Assembly: GCA_964270895.1 (NCBI GenBank)
Contig: OZ185436.1
DNA length: 64,000 bases
Direction: 5' to 3' (one strand)
Source of the DNA: Podarcis filfolensis
Lineage: Eukaryota
Shown: one piece after another, positions 11,616 through 25,402 of the stretch
Layout: every line of letters begins with the position of its first letter
Numbering within the stretch: the first letter of the stretch is position 1
The notes under the pieces: model-generated
The model's database searches: none
The model's input: the letters and a program-made list of their open reading frames with translations, nothing else
Told to the model about the DNA's origin: nothing
Translations under genes and position numbers: made by a program

Positions 11616-14600
11616 GTAAGTGACAGCCAGCACGCCTAGACCCTTTGCTTCAAAGGGTTTAGAAGAGAGGTGAAAGTTCTGCTTTTTCTTTGTTTAATTG
11701 TTGGGTGTGGTGTTTTTTTTAATGAGCATCACTGGAATCCATGTTTGTCAAGTAAGGAATCCATTGGGGGCCATGTCTCCTTCAGTCACTGGAACTGGAA
11801 GTGTTTAATCAAGAGATGCCATAGCAGCCCAATGTAAGATGTGCACAGGATCCGAGGCCCTGATTACACATTATTTTAAGTGAGTAGCACACAACGCTAT
11901 CTGTGAAAGGCGTAATTTTCATTGGGACCGCAGCATGCAGTGAGGGGAGGCTTATTTAACACTTCATCCAATGTGGTCCCCTTAAAAATCCCCCCATAAG
12001 GCAATTACCTTATGGGAGGGAAGCTCCTGTTGACAGCAGTGGCTCCCCACACACACACCTTCAATCCCAGTAGGAAGCCCCTGGAGTGACCTATAGAAAT
12101 CCACCTCCACTCCAAGTAGAGGCTGGATTGGAGGTGGTGGAGTGAGGGGAAATGCTATGGCATACCAGGTTGCTGTGTGAGTTTGTCATGTTGTGGTTTT
12201 TATCCAGCACAACCCCAATGTCTGTGTATTGTGAAGCATGAAATCACAGAGGGAGGGAGGGAGGGAAGCTAAATCTTGTCATTTTGCCATGCATGCCCTT
12301 CCGTTCCCTTGCTTTAGACTCCTTCAGAATTTTCAGAAGTCATTCAGAATTTTCTGTGGGTCTTCATGGGTAGCCAGCCCAGACTGGCAAGCCCAGCATT
12401 AGCAGGTGGATTATCTTCAGCTATTCAGTGTGCATTGTTAGCCAAGAGAGAGAGAGAGAGGGGGGGGGGAGAGAGAGATTTTCCTTTTTTTCAAAGACAG
12501 AGCTATATCCTGTGCTCGGTTTCAAGTGGATGATTTCTGCTTCTATATATTCCCTTTAGAGATTCCTAAGGAAGGAGAGAAATTGTCCTATTAGCCTCAA
12601 ATTATAAAGAGGCAGTACTCTAATGAATGTTGCTCTTTCCTAGGCCATGGAGGCCATTTAGAAAACGTTAGTTAAAAGGAACGGGTGGGGGTAAAACAGG
12701 AGAAAAATCAGCTGCAGTTTGGAGCTGGATAGACTGATGAGGCTAAGTTATCTCTGTATCTCTCCTTGCCAATGAATACCCACAGTTAGAACAGGGGCAT
12801 ACAGCCAGACTTATGTAAATTCAGATGCAGCTCCTGAGCACACAGAACAACACATACATACAGCTGATTCCAAAGAAGTAAACTGCAAGCTGACAGGCAT
12901 CTCCTTCAACTCCATCAAGTGCAGTTAGAGAGATTGCACAGAGCATCCATTAGGAAGGAACAAGGCCTCTGGGCACCCAGAAGATGCAGAATGTGACTAA
13001 TCAAATCAAAACCTGCAGACATCGTTCCTTGTATAGCCTTGGCTCCTGGAGGGGCATACAAGGACTCTTGGGACCATCTCTTCTCTGCAGTACAGGTGAA
13101 AAACATGACATGAACATCTGCAACTATTAGAAACAAATTCTAGAGAAGTAAATGCGTTGGTACGTAGCTGTAAAAATAACAAGTTTTGTGGCTCCTTTAA
13201 GACTAATAAATTGATAGTGACATGAACTTTTTGTAAGCATCCTTAAGGATGTGGAAATAGATGAGTTTGTTGTGTGTGCATGTGAGTAGGGAGGTAAATA
13301 GATAATCCACCCATACATAGGACCAGCAAATGAGTGAGGGGGACTATCTTGCAAGGTGAAATTATAACAGGAATAAACACATGCAAAAAGCAGAGCTGCT
13401 ATGCATGAACCAATAATTTGAAGCAAAAATGATTCGGTCACAGGGTGTCAACAAACCTATGAACGAGTCTAGCTATTGCAGGATGGATCTCAGTTTGCAT
13501 ATACCAAATGTGAGATTAGCATGTATCATGGTGTGTACCAAATTAAACAAATGAACAAAACAATAAAAATCCACTATAAGATCATAAAATTACAAAGTAC
13601 AGTGTCAAGTGACCTACAATGAATAAAATCATTTCTCTAAAAATGCTTGACAGAAGAATAACCTTTTCATTAAAGGACAAAATGTGAGAATTGTAGGTGC
13701 CTGTTTAATTTCAATAGGAAATATATTCTAAAATGCTGGTGTCACTGTGCTTAAAGTCTTGGTTTGAGTAGCAGCCCATCAAATGTATGGCAGCTGTGGG
13801 ACAGTCAGGACGGCTTCTCCATGTGTTTACTTTGGTTTCACCACTGAATAAGGAGGAAGCTGGACCTTCAGGTAAAAATTGCACTGGGCCTCATCTGCAT
13901 GTCGCAGTAAACCATAGTAAATATTGCCTGCTTTGCTCCTCCTTGCTAGCATACAGGAGAAAGAAACCAGGATCCTAAGCTAAGTGTTGAGTCCAAACCA
14001 GGGATTGTGGTTTGTTTTGCTCCAAATTAATCGGAATCAGTAAGTAAATAGCAAACCATGATCCCTAATTTTGATATAACACTAAGCCAGAAATTGTAGT
14101 TTAACAATTAACTATGGTTTACCAAAACCCTGAGCCATTGCCATCCTATAGTGATTAAGTGAATGAAAGTCTAAGGTGACTGCAGGCCAAACTAGACATG
14201 ATTTTAACTGTGCAAATGCATTCAACATGCACATTTTATGGTATGTAAAAAGGAGCTGAGGGGAAGCTTGAGCAGTTTCAGAACCATTGGCAGCTGAAAC
14301 TAGCTTTTTTCTTTTCCTGCCTAAGTCTAAACAAAAATGACCTCTCTGAAGCTATTATTTGCATTGCAAGGGAAACCTCAACTGGAGTGAAACAAAAAGC
14401 TTGTGTTACTTGCCCATATGAAGGTTTTTCTTTGCATCTTTGTAAACTTAGAAACTTGGACCCATTCCATCAGCAGACATTACATGTTCATTGGGATCCC
14501 ACTTCCTGCTTTACTTCTGTGACCCATTAAAACCTGTGGTTGTTTTGGTATTAAGTTCTTGCATTCAAGGTTGTAGAAAATTGCTGCTTTAAAAAAATCA

Positions 14601-16272
14601 ATTTCATAAGTCTTTGAACAGTTGGTTTTGCAAAGCTCTGGGACTTGTTCTTAACCTTGGAAAGTTAAACAATAGCGGCCACTTTTTTTTCTGTAAGCTT
14701 TTCCTTGTTCCCTCCTTTTTATACATTTTCCCCATTTTTCAGAAACCTGTGTGGCATTGGCCTTAAGTATACATTAAGAACACTGGACACCCCCAATCAG
14801 GGGATTATCAATACTCTTACTTAAAGGAATCACTGAGACGCCTTTCTAAAGCCCCAACTGTCAATTCTAAGTAAAACACCAGTTGATATCAAAGGGAATG
14901 TAGTCCTTGGATAGACATATATTCACATCTGCATCCACAGGGACTCTGCTTGCATTTGTACATTACAGAATCCCTTCATAATATTTACTATCAAATGTGT
15001 TTGTTGCAGTGTTCTTTTCTTCCACATCTATATTCATACCGACCAGGTGTGTCTTCTGAAGTAGATGTGATTAGAATAACATAATTGAGCCATCTCTTTG
15101 AACATAATGTGAACTTCAGAAGCAATCAAGCTGATTGTAAGCAAGCCTCCATCTCTGGCCTCTGCAGAGAAAGAATCTTATGGATGGGGGAGAAGGACTC
15201 TTTTGAGGGGGGGGGAGCCCAGCAAAATCTAGATGTAGACCAGCTTCTTCTAGGCCAGCTCAACACTCTCGTTTCAAATTTTATTTTGTTACCTTTCTTT
15301 TAATTCCTTTGTCTCAGTTTGCCCCTAAAAGAAGACCGTGCATAAGCAAATATTTGGTCCAGTCGTTTACCCTCTCCTACTGAGCAGGCGGTATGGAAAG
15401 TGAAATAACCCCCCCCCAAAACACACAGAGACTTTTTCTCAAAGCCCTTTGACTGACTTGCTTGAAACAATTACACAAACTCAAAATATCTCTGGCATTA
15501 AAATTGGACAAAAGGGAGATATAAAGGGGCATTCTAGGCTGCTGACACATTCTGATTTAACTACAAAGCCTCAAGATAAATACCAAGCGATGCTTTGAAT
15601 AGCAGATGCTTTTGGAACCCATCCAGATTACAAAATTATCTGGACCAAGCTATAGCTGTTACTAGATGTCTCGAGGGAAGCCTTCTAGCTAGGACTTGTG
15701 GACATAACATCTTTAAATAACCCTGCCTAATTAAGGCTTTCCCCCCGTGTTATTTGGGAATCAGGTGATACATAGTAGATGTAGCCCATCAATCTATTGG
15801 GAAGGGGAGGAGAGGAGTGGGGAGCAGAGCGATTCACTATAGTAAAGAAGAGATTCACATGTTCTCTAAACAAAACATAGATTTAACTGTGGAACAGAGA
15901 GGCAAGGATCAAGAATAAATTTGTCCTTGTTATCTGAACTGTTCTCACCTTGCTTGACAGGTAGTTTTCTCGTTCCTTAGTTCAGTTTGTCACTGAGGAT
16001 TTTCATTACAATAGGCATTCTTCCACCTATTACCTGGGACTAATGAGAGTCCTAGCAGTGCTCAGGACAATGCAGAATAGATTTTTTTTTCACTTATTCC
16101 ATTCAATTATACTGACCGATCTAGTTTTTACTGTCCAAATGACCATATAAGAAACTCACCTCTGCTTATTTTTTAAAGAAATGCTAAGAAGGAGCTAAGG
16201 AATTATGAATAGCGCTGAAGTGGGGGGGGGGGAGTTTGCTGCTGCTTCTGGACATTGTTGCCAGTGTCAAAT

Positions 16273-16273
<1 letters not shown>

Positions 16274-16311
<38 letters not shown>
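16274..16311. repeat. (GT)19 microsatellite
   Basis: Direct reading. Confidence 0.95.
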
Positions 16312-16314
<3 letters not shown>

Positions 16315-16614
16315 TTTACAATTGCTTCAAAAGTGCTCAGCTATTCAGAAAGCATTGTCCTCCCTCTGAATTTAATAGTTTATGCCCTTGGTGATGTCAC
16401 TATACTACCAAATTTGACCGGCTTAGTCAAATGCTGTGTGACATCATCTCATTGCTGTATGAACCCCCATTGTCTAGAATTGCTATATTACTGATCCAGG
16501 AAAATGTTGCTGCTGTATAATTAGTAGAAAAATGTGGTGCCAAAGCAGCAGCAAATAGGGGAACTAATGGCAATGAACCGGGTTGATAAAAGGTGAGCAT
16601 TCACAATTCACACA

Positions 16615-16742
16615 NNNNNNNNNNNNNNNNNNNNNNNNNNNNNNNNNNNNNNNNNNNNNNNNNNNNNNNNNNNNNNNNNNNNNNNNNNNNNNNNNNNNNN
16701 NNNNNNNNNNNNNNNNNNNNNNNNNNNNNNNNNNNNNNNNNN
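16615..16742. other. Assembly gap (128 N)
   Basis: Run of N in intron 17. Confidence 1.
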
Positions 16743-16997
16743 TCCATTATATTTCTGCTTCCCCCCCTCTATTCAGGAAAGCACAACTTTTGACTTGAAA
16801 ATCAAAATGAGAGAATAATTGGAAAACTTTAGTTATGACTGAGTTGGAAATAGGGACATGTCTGGTCATCCAGCTTTTGAAGGAGGACTGGAGCTATCTT
16901 AAGGGGTAGAGCAGGTTTACTCCCTGCTTCTCATTCCCCACCATGCATGTGGGACAGACATCATCTGATCCAGCCCACATATCTGACATTAGATGGA

Positions 16998-17203
16998 AAG
17001 GACCAAAGCCCATTGGTAGGGTATCTGTTTTGCATGTAGAAGGTTCAAGGTTCAATCCCTGGTATCTCCAGGTAGGGCTGGGTGTCATCGTCCGTCCCCC
17101 CTGACAGAAACCCTGGAGATCAGCTGCCAGTCAGGGTAGACGGTGCTGAACTGTATGGACCCAGTGGTCTGACTCGGTGTAAGGCAGCTTCCTGCATTCC
17201 TAA
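16998..17203 (+). mobile_element. tRNA-derived SINE (Squam3-like)
   Basis: Degenerate tRNA head (ttggtagggtatctgttttgcatgtagaaggttcaaggttcaatccctgg), body ctggagatcagctgccagtcagggtagac, tail ggtctgactcggtgtaaggcagcttcctgcattccta. Confidence 0.75.
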
Positions 17204-18469
17204 TATGTGAGCAGGTCATAAATTCCCAGTGACAGGAAATTCATTTAATACTTCACTGTTAACATGCAAATTCATTTCATACAACTGCGTGCATATCAGG
17301 GGAAGGATGGACAAATAAACAACAATGCACAATTAGACTTTTCAGATCGGAAACAGGGAGGGATTTTCCAGATTGTGACTAATATCCACACGCTCAAATT
17401 ATTTGACATATCTTGTATCTTTGCAATTGTCCCCCTGGGAACGACGTGATTGGTTTCATCTCGTGTGCCTTAATTTGCTTTCCTAGCAGACTGTGGCTTT
17501 GCATCTTTGTGACCTGACCCACATAATAGCATGAGCAAATTAGAGTTTTGTTTGGCTTGATTATTTCATTCAGTCATTTTCTCCTCGGTGCATTTGGTCA
17601 TTCTGCTCAATGAGTGCCCATGAGAACGTTGCTTGTAAACTCCGAGATCAAGTTGTAACCAGAATTATTGTTCCCATCACTTCCCGTGTGGGAATCTCCC
17701 CCTATATTTTACCTGTAGAATCTGTCCTTATATAACATGAAAACCAATCCACTGAGAAAAGGTAAAACCTAGCCACTCTTGTAGGTTCTGTTATTTGTTA
17801 CTCTTCTCTCACAGAGGAGTATATCGTATATTAAGGAAAATGCCTGTCCATCTTTCCCCAGAGATTCCTTCTTGCCGCCTTTATGTTTGCTGTGTTCTGT
17901 TTTTCCTATCGAGTTGTTTCTTGACAGTTTTGATACTATCTGAGATTGAGAGACAATTATATTTATTCTTTCTTAGCTGCTATGTCTGCATTTTCCACCC
18001 AGTGACTTACTTTTAAAGTGCTGCTGCCATGCTGGAGTGGTCTTTAAGCTGATACTGTGCACAGCAGTGCATATCTCTACAATAAATTTCTCTCAATCTA
18101 TGCCCCGCCAGACACCCATCTCTTTACTCTGCTTCTGTAAGTGGAGGAGCCTGCCTGTACTGTAAGATACCATTAATCCATTCTTGAGCAACACAGCATG
18201 AGTGACATCTCCGCACAGTCAGATTAATTGTTTTAGTCCTTGTTTTAAGGCCAGGATGTCCAATTCAGAGACGGCCTCCAGCTTGCAGCCTGCAAGGTAT
18301 CTTCAGGGCTGATGGGCAAGGGTGGGAATTAAAGTAGCATAAGAGCTCTTCACCTGTCTGTTTTCCTCGTTACAGATTACAGTTTTGAATGGCTGCTGCA
18401 GCCACTCGGAGGAGCTGATTGATGTCTCATTGTGTTTTCAATTTTTGTCTCCCTCTCTTTCTCTTTAAG

Positions 18470-18570
18470 AGTAAAAAGGACCGTATGAAGGCTTGGATAA
18501 GGGCACGCCTCCCCACCTGGTGCAAAGAAAGAGATTCCTGGTCTATCTACATCTTTGCTCCTCAGTCTAA
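18470..18570 (+). CDS. CACNA1G: CACNA1G exon ~18, end of II-III linker
   Basis: ctctttaag|AGT AAA; [33 protein letters not shown](K); donor TAA|gtaagg; 101 nt, phase 0 to 2. Confidence 0.94.
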
Positions 18571-19022
18571 GTAAGGCAACTTAGTGTGATTGATAACGCT
18601 GTGGCAGGCAGGGCTCCAGGATTCTGTGCTCAAATAAATATTTGCAGAGCATGGCAGTTGTAGAATTCCCGCAGACTTAACAGTTGCAAGGGGAACCGGA
18701 AAAAATGTTGCCAGCTGAAAGATTTGAACTTGTGCTAATGTCCAATGGCAGCCAGCACCCAGCACCTCTTGAAATCAATTATTACATTGTGTAACATTAG
18801 CTGCTGGCCGTCAATGCTAACAACATTGTGGAGGGGCAGTGGGTGGTATCCAATTAATACTTGTTTCATCAGTGCAAGGATTTCTGCTTGTGCAACAAAA
18901 TAGATTCTGAGGTTTCTCCAAACGCTCCAGAGCAGATTTGGGCAGTGTTTGTGGCACTAACAGGGAACTTCTATTGTATAAGCAGAAATCCTTGCACTGG
19001 CATAATGAGTTAGTTGGATACC

Positions 19023-19160
19023 GCCCTCTAGCTCAAAGGTAGAGCACTTGTTTTACATGTGGAAGATGCCCTGATCTCTGGCAACTCCAGTTAAAAGGAT
19101 CAGGTACCAAGTGATGGGACCCTGGAAAACTCCTACCTGTCAGAGTAGATCATTCTGGCA
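19023..19160 (+). mobile_element. tRNA-derived SINE (Squam3-like), degenerate
   Basis: Head tagctcaaaggtagagcacttgttttacatgtggaag; body ctccagttaaaaggatcaggt...cctggaaaactcctacctgtcagagtaga. Confidence 0.6.
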
Positions 19161-20371
19161 AGAGTGTGTTCCTTTAACATTCATTCATATAGCCAGAAAT
19201 AACAGCAAGAGAAACTAAAGTGATTACATGCAGGGATTAGTGTTTGCAGACCAAAACATTTGCTTTAACAAAAACAATTATAATTTTTGCTGCAGTTGCT
19301 ATTAACAAGTCCATCTTAAGTGTGACTATTTTCTGCTTTCTACTCAATAAACCCTCACGGTGTTGTTGTTTTATAAGTCAACTAGTAAGGAATTCTGCAT
19401 TAGATAGATGCAAGGTCTCCTCCCTACAGTACCTCTGTAGCATCAGCCATACATTTTGGAAGTGGTAGCAGTAGTGATTTTAATGTGATTTCAGTAAGTA
19501 TAATTGTTTGAATACCACCCCTTATTTTTACTTTGCCCATTGGCCTCTCCTACTCTCAGTTGCTACCCTATCTTCACTTGTACACCTGAAAGATTTGCTT
19601 TTTGAATGTGTAAGGGTAAGAATTACACTTCCTGACCTCAGAAAACACACCAAAAAAAGAAACACACACACAAAAAAACATTTCTGCATGGTTGGTTAAT
19701 CTGGCCATGTCTTTGACTAGGCAAGTCTAGAGCAGTGGTGCATTCAGGCACACGGTGGGCAGCCTCTTCTGCAGTAAGTCATTCAGCAGCACACACTACA
19801 CATCAGGAGCTCATTAATAATCCTATTGCACCCAGTGCAGAAACACTGCCAAACTGATTAGCCATCTCCAGCAGAGGCCAAGTAGAAGGGAGTCCAGGCG
19901 AGAGTGGTGAACTGTACAGAGCCACAGCGGACAGCCTCCTCTATGAACTCACAAGAGCTATTCATTGATTCATTGACTGATTGATTGGTACATTCCTTGT
20001 GGCACACTAGCAGTTTTCTCAGGCATGTAATTTTGGGATGATAATAATAAGGTATAACAAACAACTAAAAAAAAAGTGTGATGTTCCCAACAGGAGATCT
20101 TTCTGAGAGTGAGATGCCTTGAAATAAGCTTTGCTGGGAAAAGTTTGAGGGAAAAACTATGCCAACAAATCTCTGTTCCTGAACAATTTGAAATATCTGC
20201 AGTTATATTCTAATGAAAGAAATGCGTAAGAGTGGGGATTCAGTTTCCCAAGAGTGGGGCTGGGGCAGAGGGGATTGTTTCAGACATTTGGTTTAGAAAG
20301 AAATGGCAGTCTGCATGCTTAAGGCTTGCGATGACAATTCCTAAGTCGTCTTTTCCTCTTCCCTTTCCTAG

Positions 20372-20495
20372 ATTCCGTGTGATATGCAATAAAATAATTA
20401 CTCACAAGATGTTTGATCATGTTGTCTTGGTAATCATCTTTCTGAATTGCATCACCATTGCGATGGAACGTCCCAAAATTGAGCCACACAGTGCT
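20372..20495 (+). CDS. CACNA1G: CACNA1G exon ~19, domain III S1
   Basis: tttcctag|A TTC; (K)[41 protein letters not shown]; donor GCT|gtgagt; 124 nt. Confidence 0.97.
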
Positions 20496-21109
20496 GTGAG
20501 TAGTCGCCAAGCCTCATTGCTTCCTGATGGTTACCAATTGCTGAGCAAATCAAGCTGTATTCTTAGCAATGTCTGCTCTTGCCTTCAGTCTCTTTAGCCA
20601 TGGTGTTGGGAGGGGGCTAATCTCAGCTGGTTAAAGGTGAATGCATGCATTTAAGTTAAAATACTGGGTCTTGTACTAGTTTTACCAAGCGATCAAAGCA
20701 CCTGTGGGCAATCACCTCAGCACACCCTCTCTCTTTGGTGATCTAGAGATGATTCTATTTCATGAACAGCCTGAAGTCTGCTGCAGTTTCCTTGTAGCTT
20801 TTGCAACATCACGAAAAAGTAACACTGGAAGAATGAATACAGTTCCTCAAGGAGAAAACTTCCTTTTTCAACATCACTTGCAGAATTTTGCTTTATGCAA
20901 CCTTAAGAGGCTTGTGGCACCATAAAGCCTTTCACTGACTAGAGCCCACTTCACTGGATGCATCACTCTGATTGAATTGTCACAGGAAGTACTTTCTGCA
21001 TTCTATTGCCATATGTCTCTAGCTTTAACTTAGTTATGTACATATTTTCCCCCTTACACAGTATGTATATATAATTACATACCTAATGTAAAGGAGTGCC
21101 TCTCCCTTT

Positions 21110-21440
21110 ATGAACATGGCCATGAAATTTGTAGGAGAGACCTTTTTGGAGATCCATATATATTGGTATATAAGACGACAACTCAAGATAGGGCCTTTTC
21201 TGTAGTGGCACCCAACCTATATGGAACTCCCTCCCATCAGAAATGTATCTGGTGTCTACTTTGTATGGAATTTGATGCCAAATGAAGACATACCTCTTCA
21301 GGGCACTTGGTAGTGCTTGATCAGTGTTGCCCAACTGTAATGGCAGAACTGCTTTCTGCTGTTGGCATAGGATAGATTTTTGTACTAGTTCTAACACATT
21401 GTGTTTTGCAGCTTTTGTAGCTACATAATAAATATTTATT
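21110..21440 (+). mobile_element. L2 LINE 3' fragment, degenerate
   Basis: agggccttttctgtagtggcacccaacctatatggaactccctccc ... aagacatacctcttc, typical L2 ORF2 end, then an AT-rich tail; boundaries approximate. Confidence 0.6.
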
Positions 21441-21556
21441 AATATTTTATTATTGACTTAATTAAATGCAGAATAGTTATTGATAACTTCATTGTTTATG
21501 ACAAAGGACATAATTTAAATTTATTGTATGAATAAATGAATCAAAATAAAGATTAC

Positions 21557-21650
21557 ACTCCATGCATCTGATGAGGTGGGTTCTAGTTCACGGAATCATT
21601 TGCTGTAATAAAAATGTATTGGTCTTCAATGCACAAGACTCTTTGTTGCC
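21557..21650 (+). mobile_element. Possible Penelope-like element remnant
   Basis: ctgatgaggtgggttctagttcacgg...aataaaaatgtattggtcttcaatgcacaagactctttg resembles recalled squamate PLE termini. Confidence 0.3.
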
Positions 21651-24600
21651 CTTCTAATATGACTGTTTCACACATTTAAAGGGATGAGTGTTTTCAAATA
21701 CTCATACTTTGCTTCACTTCTGCTATTCCTCCACGTGTTGAGAAATTCATGGCAGCCTTCCTAAGATAAGCTTTTTTAAGAGGAGAGGGGGCTAGAGACA
21801 TCATGTCATCCTAATAATATGTTTCCACCCCTCACCGTACAAATGTACATATTTGAGCAGGCATTATGGGGTCACAGAAGCAAGCACACAAGCAGTGCTA
21901 GTATCTAAGCAACATTGGCACTAAACTTCTACTTTCAGTGCTAAGGTAAAACTGCCTTCAATTCCCTCCTTGGCAAATCCTGTTCGTCGGCTGCCTGGCA
22001 CATCTGGCCATTACAGATGCACAGCTGACCTCCAGATTTGCATTTATGTGGAACTTGCTGCTGCTTGTCCTGCTGCCATGCTCTGCTCTTGGGTTTAAGC
22101 ATTGTAGTTTATAACAGAAGACACTGGCTGTGTCTTTATCACTGGCTGTGGCTTATTCTTTTTTTAGTTCTTCACCTGCATGCTGTTACTTTGAGCAATA
22201 AATGCCCCTTCCCAGCAGTGGGTGCAAAGGGGCTTTCCTTGCTTTTGCCCCGTCAAGCTGTCTTTTATTCCACTCTGCAATATCCAAGAGCAACAGCCAT
22301 GTGCCAAAGACATCAAAGTAAGAACACCCCCCCTTTTTTTTTCTTTTTTGGCATCCTATTTCCCAAGGCAGAATCGGCTTGTTTTAATACTTGACACAGC
22401 TATGGCATCTGTCACAGTTTTCTTCTTCAATAAACATTCAGACGCTTTTGCTTTCTTGGTGTAATGTTGGGTTTTGGTCCTTTCCATCTGTTCTGCATTG
22501 GCATTTATTGGGGAGGCACAGCACAAAGGAAGGAAAGGAATAGCTCTTTTTTGCATTTCTTTTTCTCCTCTTTGTTTTGATAGGAACAAACATCTTCATT
22601 CTGGTTCCCTGCAACATTTGTTTTGATAGATTTGCATAATTGGTTTTTTTTCCAATCAGATCTTCATATCAACAGTGTGTGTGTGTCTGTCTGTCAATCA
22701 GATTCTAACCAGATAAAGCACATTAAACTGACAGTTCTATTATTTTATTTCAGTTTCTTACCGCCTGATCCTATGCATGTTTGCTTGGACATAGCCCCAC
22801 TGAATTCAATGGGATTGCATCCTGGTGAGCATGCTTAGGATTTGCAGCTTCAGAGAGGCAAAAAGAGGGGCTGATAAACAAAACACACAACCGTTGGGGG
22901 GCTTCTGTAACATTGTCAAATGCTATTCAGGCTGCACCCCTCTAGAATCATCTTTCCTTAGCTTCAGATGAGAGCTGAAAGCAAAGAGTATTTTTCAGAT
23001 GGTCAAATCCATTCAAATTACTGAAATTCAAACCATCAAGGAATTGGTGTCAGTTTCAGACATCTTATTTGGGCTATATTGAATTAAAAACAGACTATAC
23101 CGGTAAATTCAAACTTGGCAAGTTAGATTAAATGCACCCATTTGAATGCTCTGGAGTTCTATTAAATTTGAATATGAAATGATAGTTTTAGTTATTGAAA
23201 TGCTTTAAAGTCAAAGTACCGGCAACTGAAATTTCTGGGTTTGGAATTGAAGCCATCCATACAACTTAACGGCATGTTTGGCTGATGAACAAATGAAAGG
23301 TTTTATTGTCATGGACGAATGTCTGTTAGGAGTCCAACTGGTGTCACAAAACAAGCAAGAGGTTAAAATAAATTTTCGGTTTTCATACCCAAACCACCAG
23401 GGCCAGATATTTTGCTACCTGGAGCAAAGGATAAGATGGCGCCCCTCCCAATTCCACAACCAAAAGCCAGATAAATTGATTGTTGAATCTTACTTTTAAC
23501 ACCGGTGAGCAGATAACATCTACTACCACACTGGAGAGTAGCATGGCAGCGTAGCTGGTCCAGAACAGATCATGTAGCAACAGAACAAAATAGCTCGAGG
23601 CTCAGGAAGGAAAGTCACAAGATGATAATGCTTCCCCAGGGCAGCTGCCACCTTAGGCTGTTGCCTCACCCTGCCTAATGATAGGGCCAGCCCTACAACC
23701 CATGTTGATGAAGCTACCACAAAGGGTGTCATTTCAAAACACATTGCAGTTAGTCATTAGAAGCAGCTGCATCAAAAACTAGTCCTACCCTGGAGATCAA
23801 GCTTTCAGACCCAAGACATTCCAGTGTTAAGGCTGTGAGCATCATTCCTTATGGAGCCAAAACAGCACTGCTCAGCTCACACACAGGAGGGAAGTTATCA
23901 GCAGGATTGGTGAGGAGAAAACCCAAAGCTTGCCGTAGTACAAAAATCTTTAAAGGGAGTGAAGACTCTGAAGACTCAGCAGCATGCGCAGTGGGCACAG
24001 AATGCTGACCGGAGTGGGGTGGGCAGACAGTGGGAAGGGAGAATAGAATGGAACAGAGCGGCTGTAATCCTAATCAGGAGTACTACAGCATTTTGAAGCA
24101 ATTCCACCCTGTGTTCCGCTAAAGTTCTCTCTTTTCTGGGTCACAAAATCTGCGTCCCATAGATTTCAAGGAACTACCTCCAGATGTGTGCCTTTGTAGC
24201 TTAGCCACTTCACACCGACTAAGATTTCCATAACTGGTAAAGCACATAATTTTGTTTTAAATGATTGCGTGACCCACAAAGAACTGTGGCATGAAAACAA
24301 ATTTAAGTTTCTGCTTTTTCTTTTCTTTCTTTTTACTTCCCCTCCCCCCACCCACAGAAACTGAACATGTGTGTTAGTTAGTTAATAAAATGTGCTCTTC
24401 ATTAAGGCTGGGAGTTTTCAAACTTTTGTCAAATGGGGCTTCACATGAATCCCTTTCCAACTATTAAAGTAAAAACGCTCTTTTAATGAGCGAGCAATCA
24501 TTGACACTGTTCTCCATTAACTTGCTTTATAAAACAATTCTTACATGAGTGATTTGGATAGGGCGAGAGCTATTTTGAGCTTGTGGGCCATTATTAACTT

Positions 24601-25374
24601 TCAGATGCTTTTCTTTAAAAAAAACCCCTCTATTGCATGTTGTCAGGGAGGTTATTGGGAAACAAACCGACATCTGGTTTGGTTGAATTTAGCAATTGTT
24701 CTTTGCATGCAGGACCTATGAAAGAATTAGCTGTTTTAAGAGTAAATAGTCATAGGATTTCAAAATGGTGCCTGCCAGCACGCAGAATTCAGAAGAAACC
24801 ACTCAATACCAAACAGGCAGCAGCAGGCAGTGAAGTGGGACATCAGTGCTGACCAGGCCTCCAGTCGCCCATATCGCTGCTATATACAGGACTGAAAGCA
24901 GGAGGGATGAGGCATTGGTGAGGTTAGCATGGTGCAGATGCACTGGTGGAGCCAATCTGGTGTTCCCACCGTATTATTCACTCTGTGCCAACCTCACAAC
25001 CACCTTGTCCCTCCCCATCTCTGTCCTGGTACGCAGAAGCTATGAGGGCAGCTGGAGGCCAGGTGGGTGCCATTGCCCCATTGCCTCCATCCACTACTGA
25101 ACAGAGGTCTTTTAACTGGCATTTTATTTTAGGGGGGGAATAAGGTGGCCCAGGTACAAAAGAGGACAGGGGTGTGTGTGGCTCCTGCAGCTTCAGTGGT
25201 TGTGGAGAAGAGGGAATTTCAGTGGGTGTGACTTCCCCTCCTGAGCAAGGGCTTAGATCTGGGGGACACAGGAAATGTGAGGATAAAAGATGGGCATGGA
25301 AAAAGATTTTGAAGTGGGGCTGGTGTTGATCAGAAGTGTCAAGTAGAGCAACCAGGAAGATTAAATGGGAAACA

Positions 25375-25402
25375 GGGGGTGGGGTGGGGTGGGGTGGGGT
25401 GG
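25375..25402 (+). repeat. (GGGGT)5 G-rich tandem repeat
   Basis: gggggtggggtggggtggggtggggtgg read directly. Confidence 0.9.

Noticed and set aside
16583-16798. ORFs spanning the N runs (also 27326-27508)
   Set aside because: Artefacts of assembly gaps. Exon phases join correctly across both gaps, so no constitutive exon needs to be hidden there.
16998-17070. tRNA-like heads (also 19023, 30777, 31329, 51165) as real tRNA genes
   Set aside because: Degenerate boxes, no complete cloverleaf, and each continues into a SINE body.
18250-18296. Possible 47-nt cryptic exon (ttttaag|...caag|gtatct)
   Set aside because: Frameshifting, mediocre splice sites and no protein similarity; common by chance.
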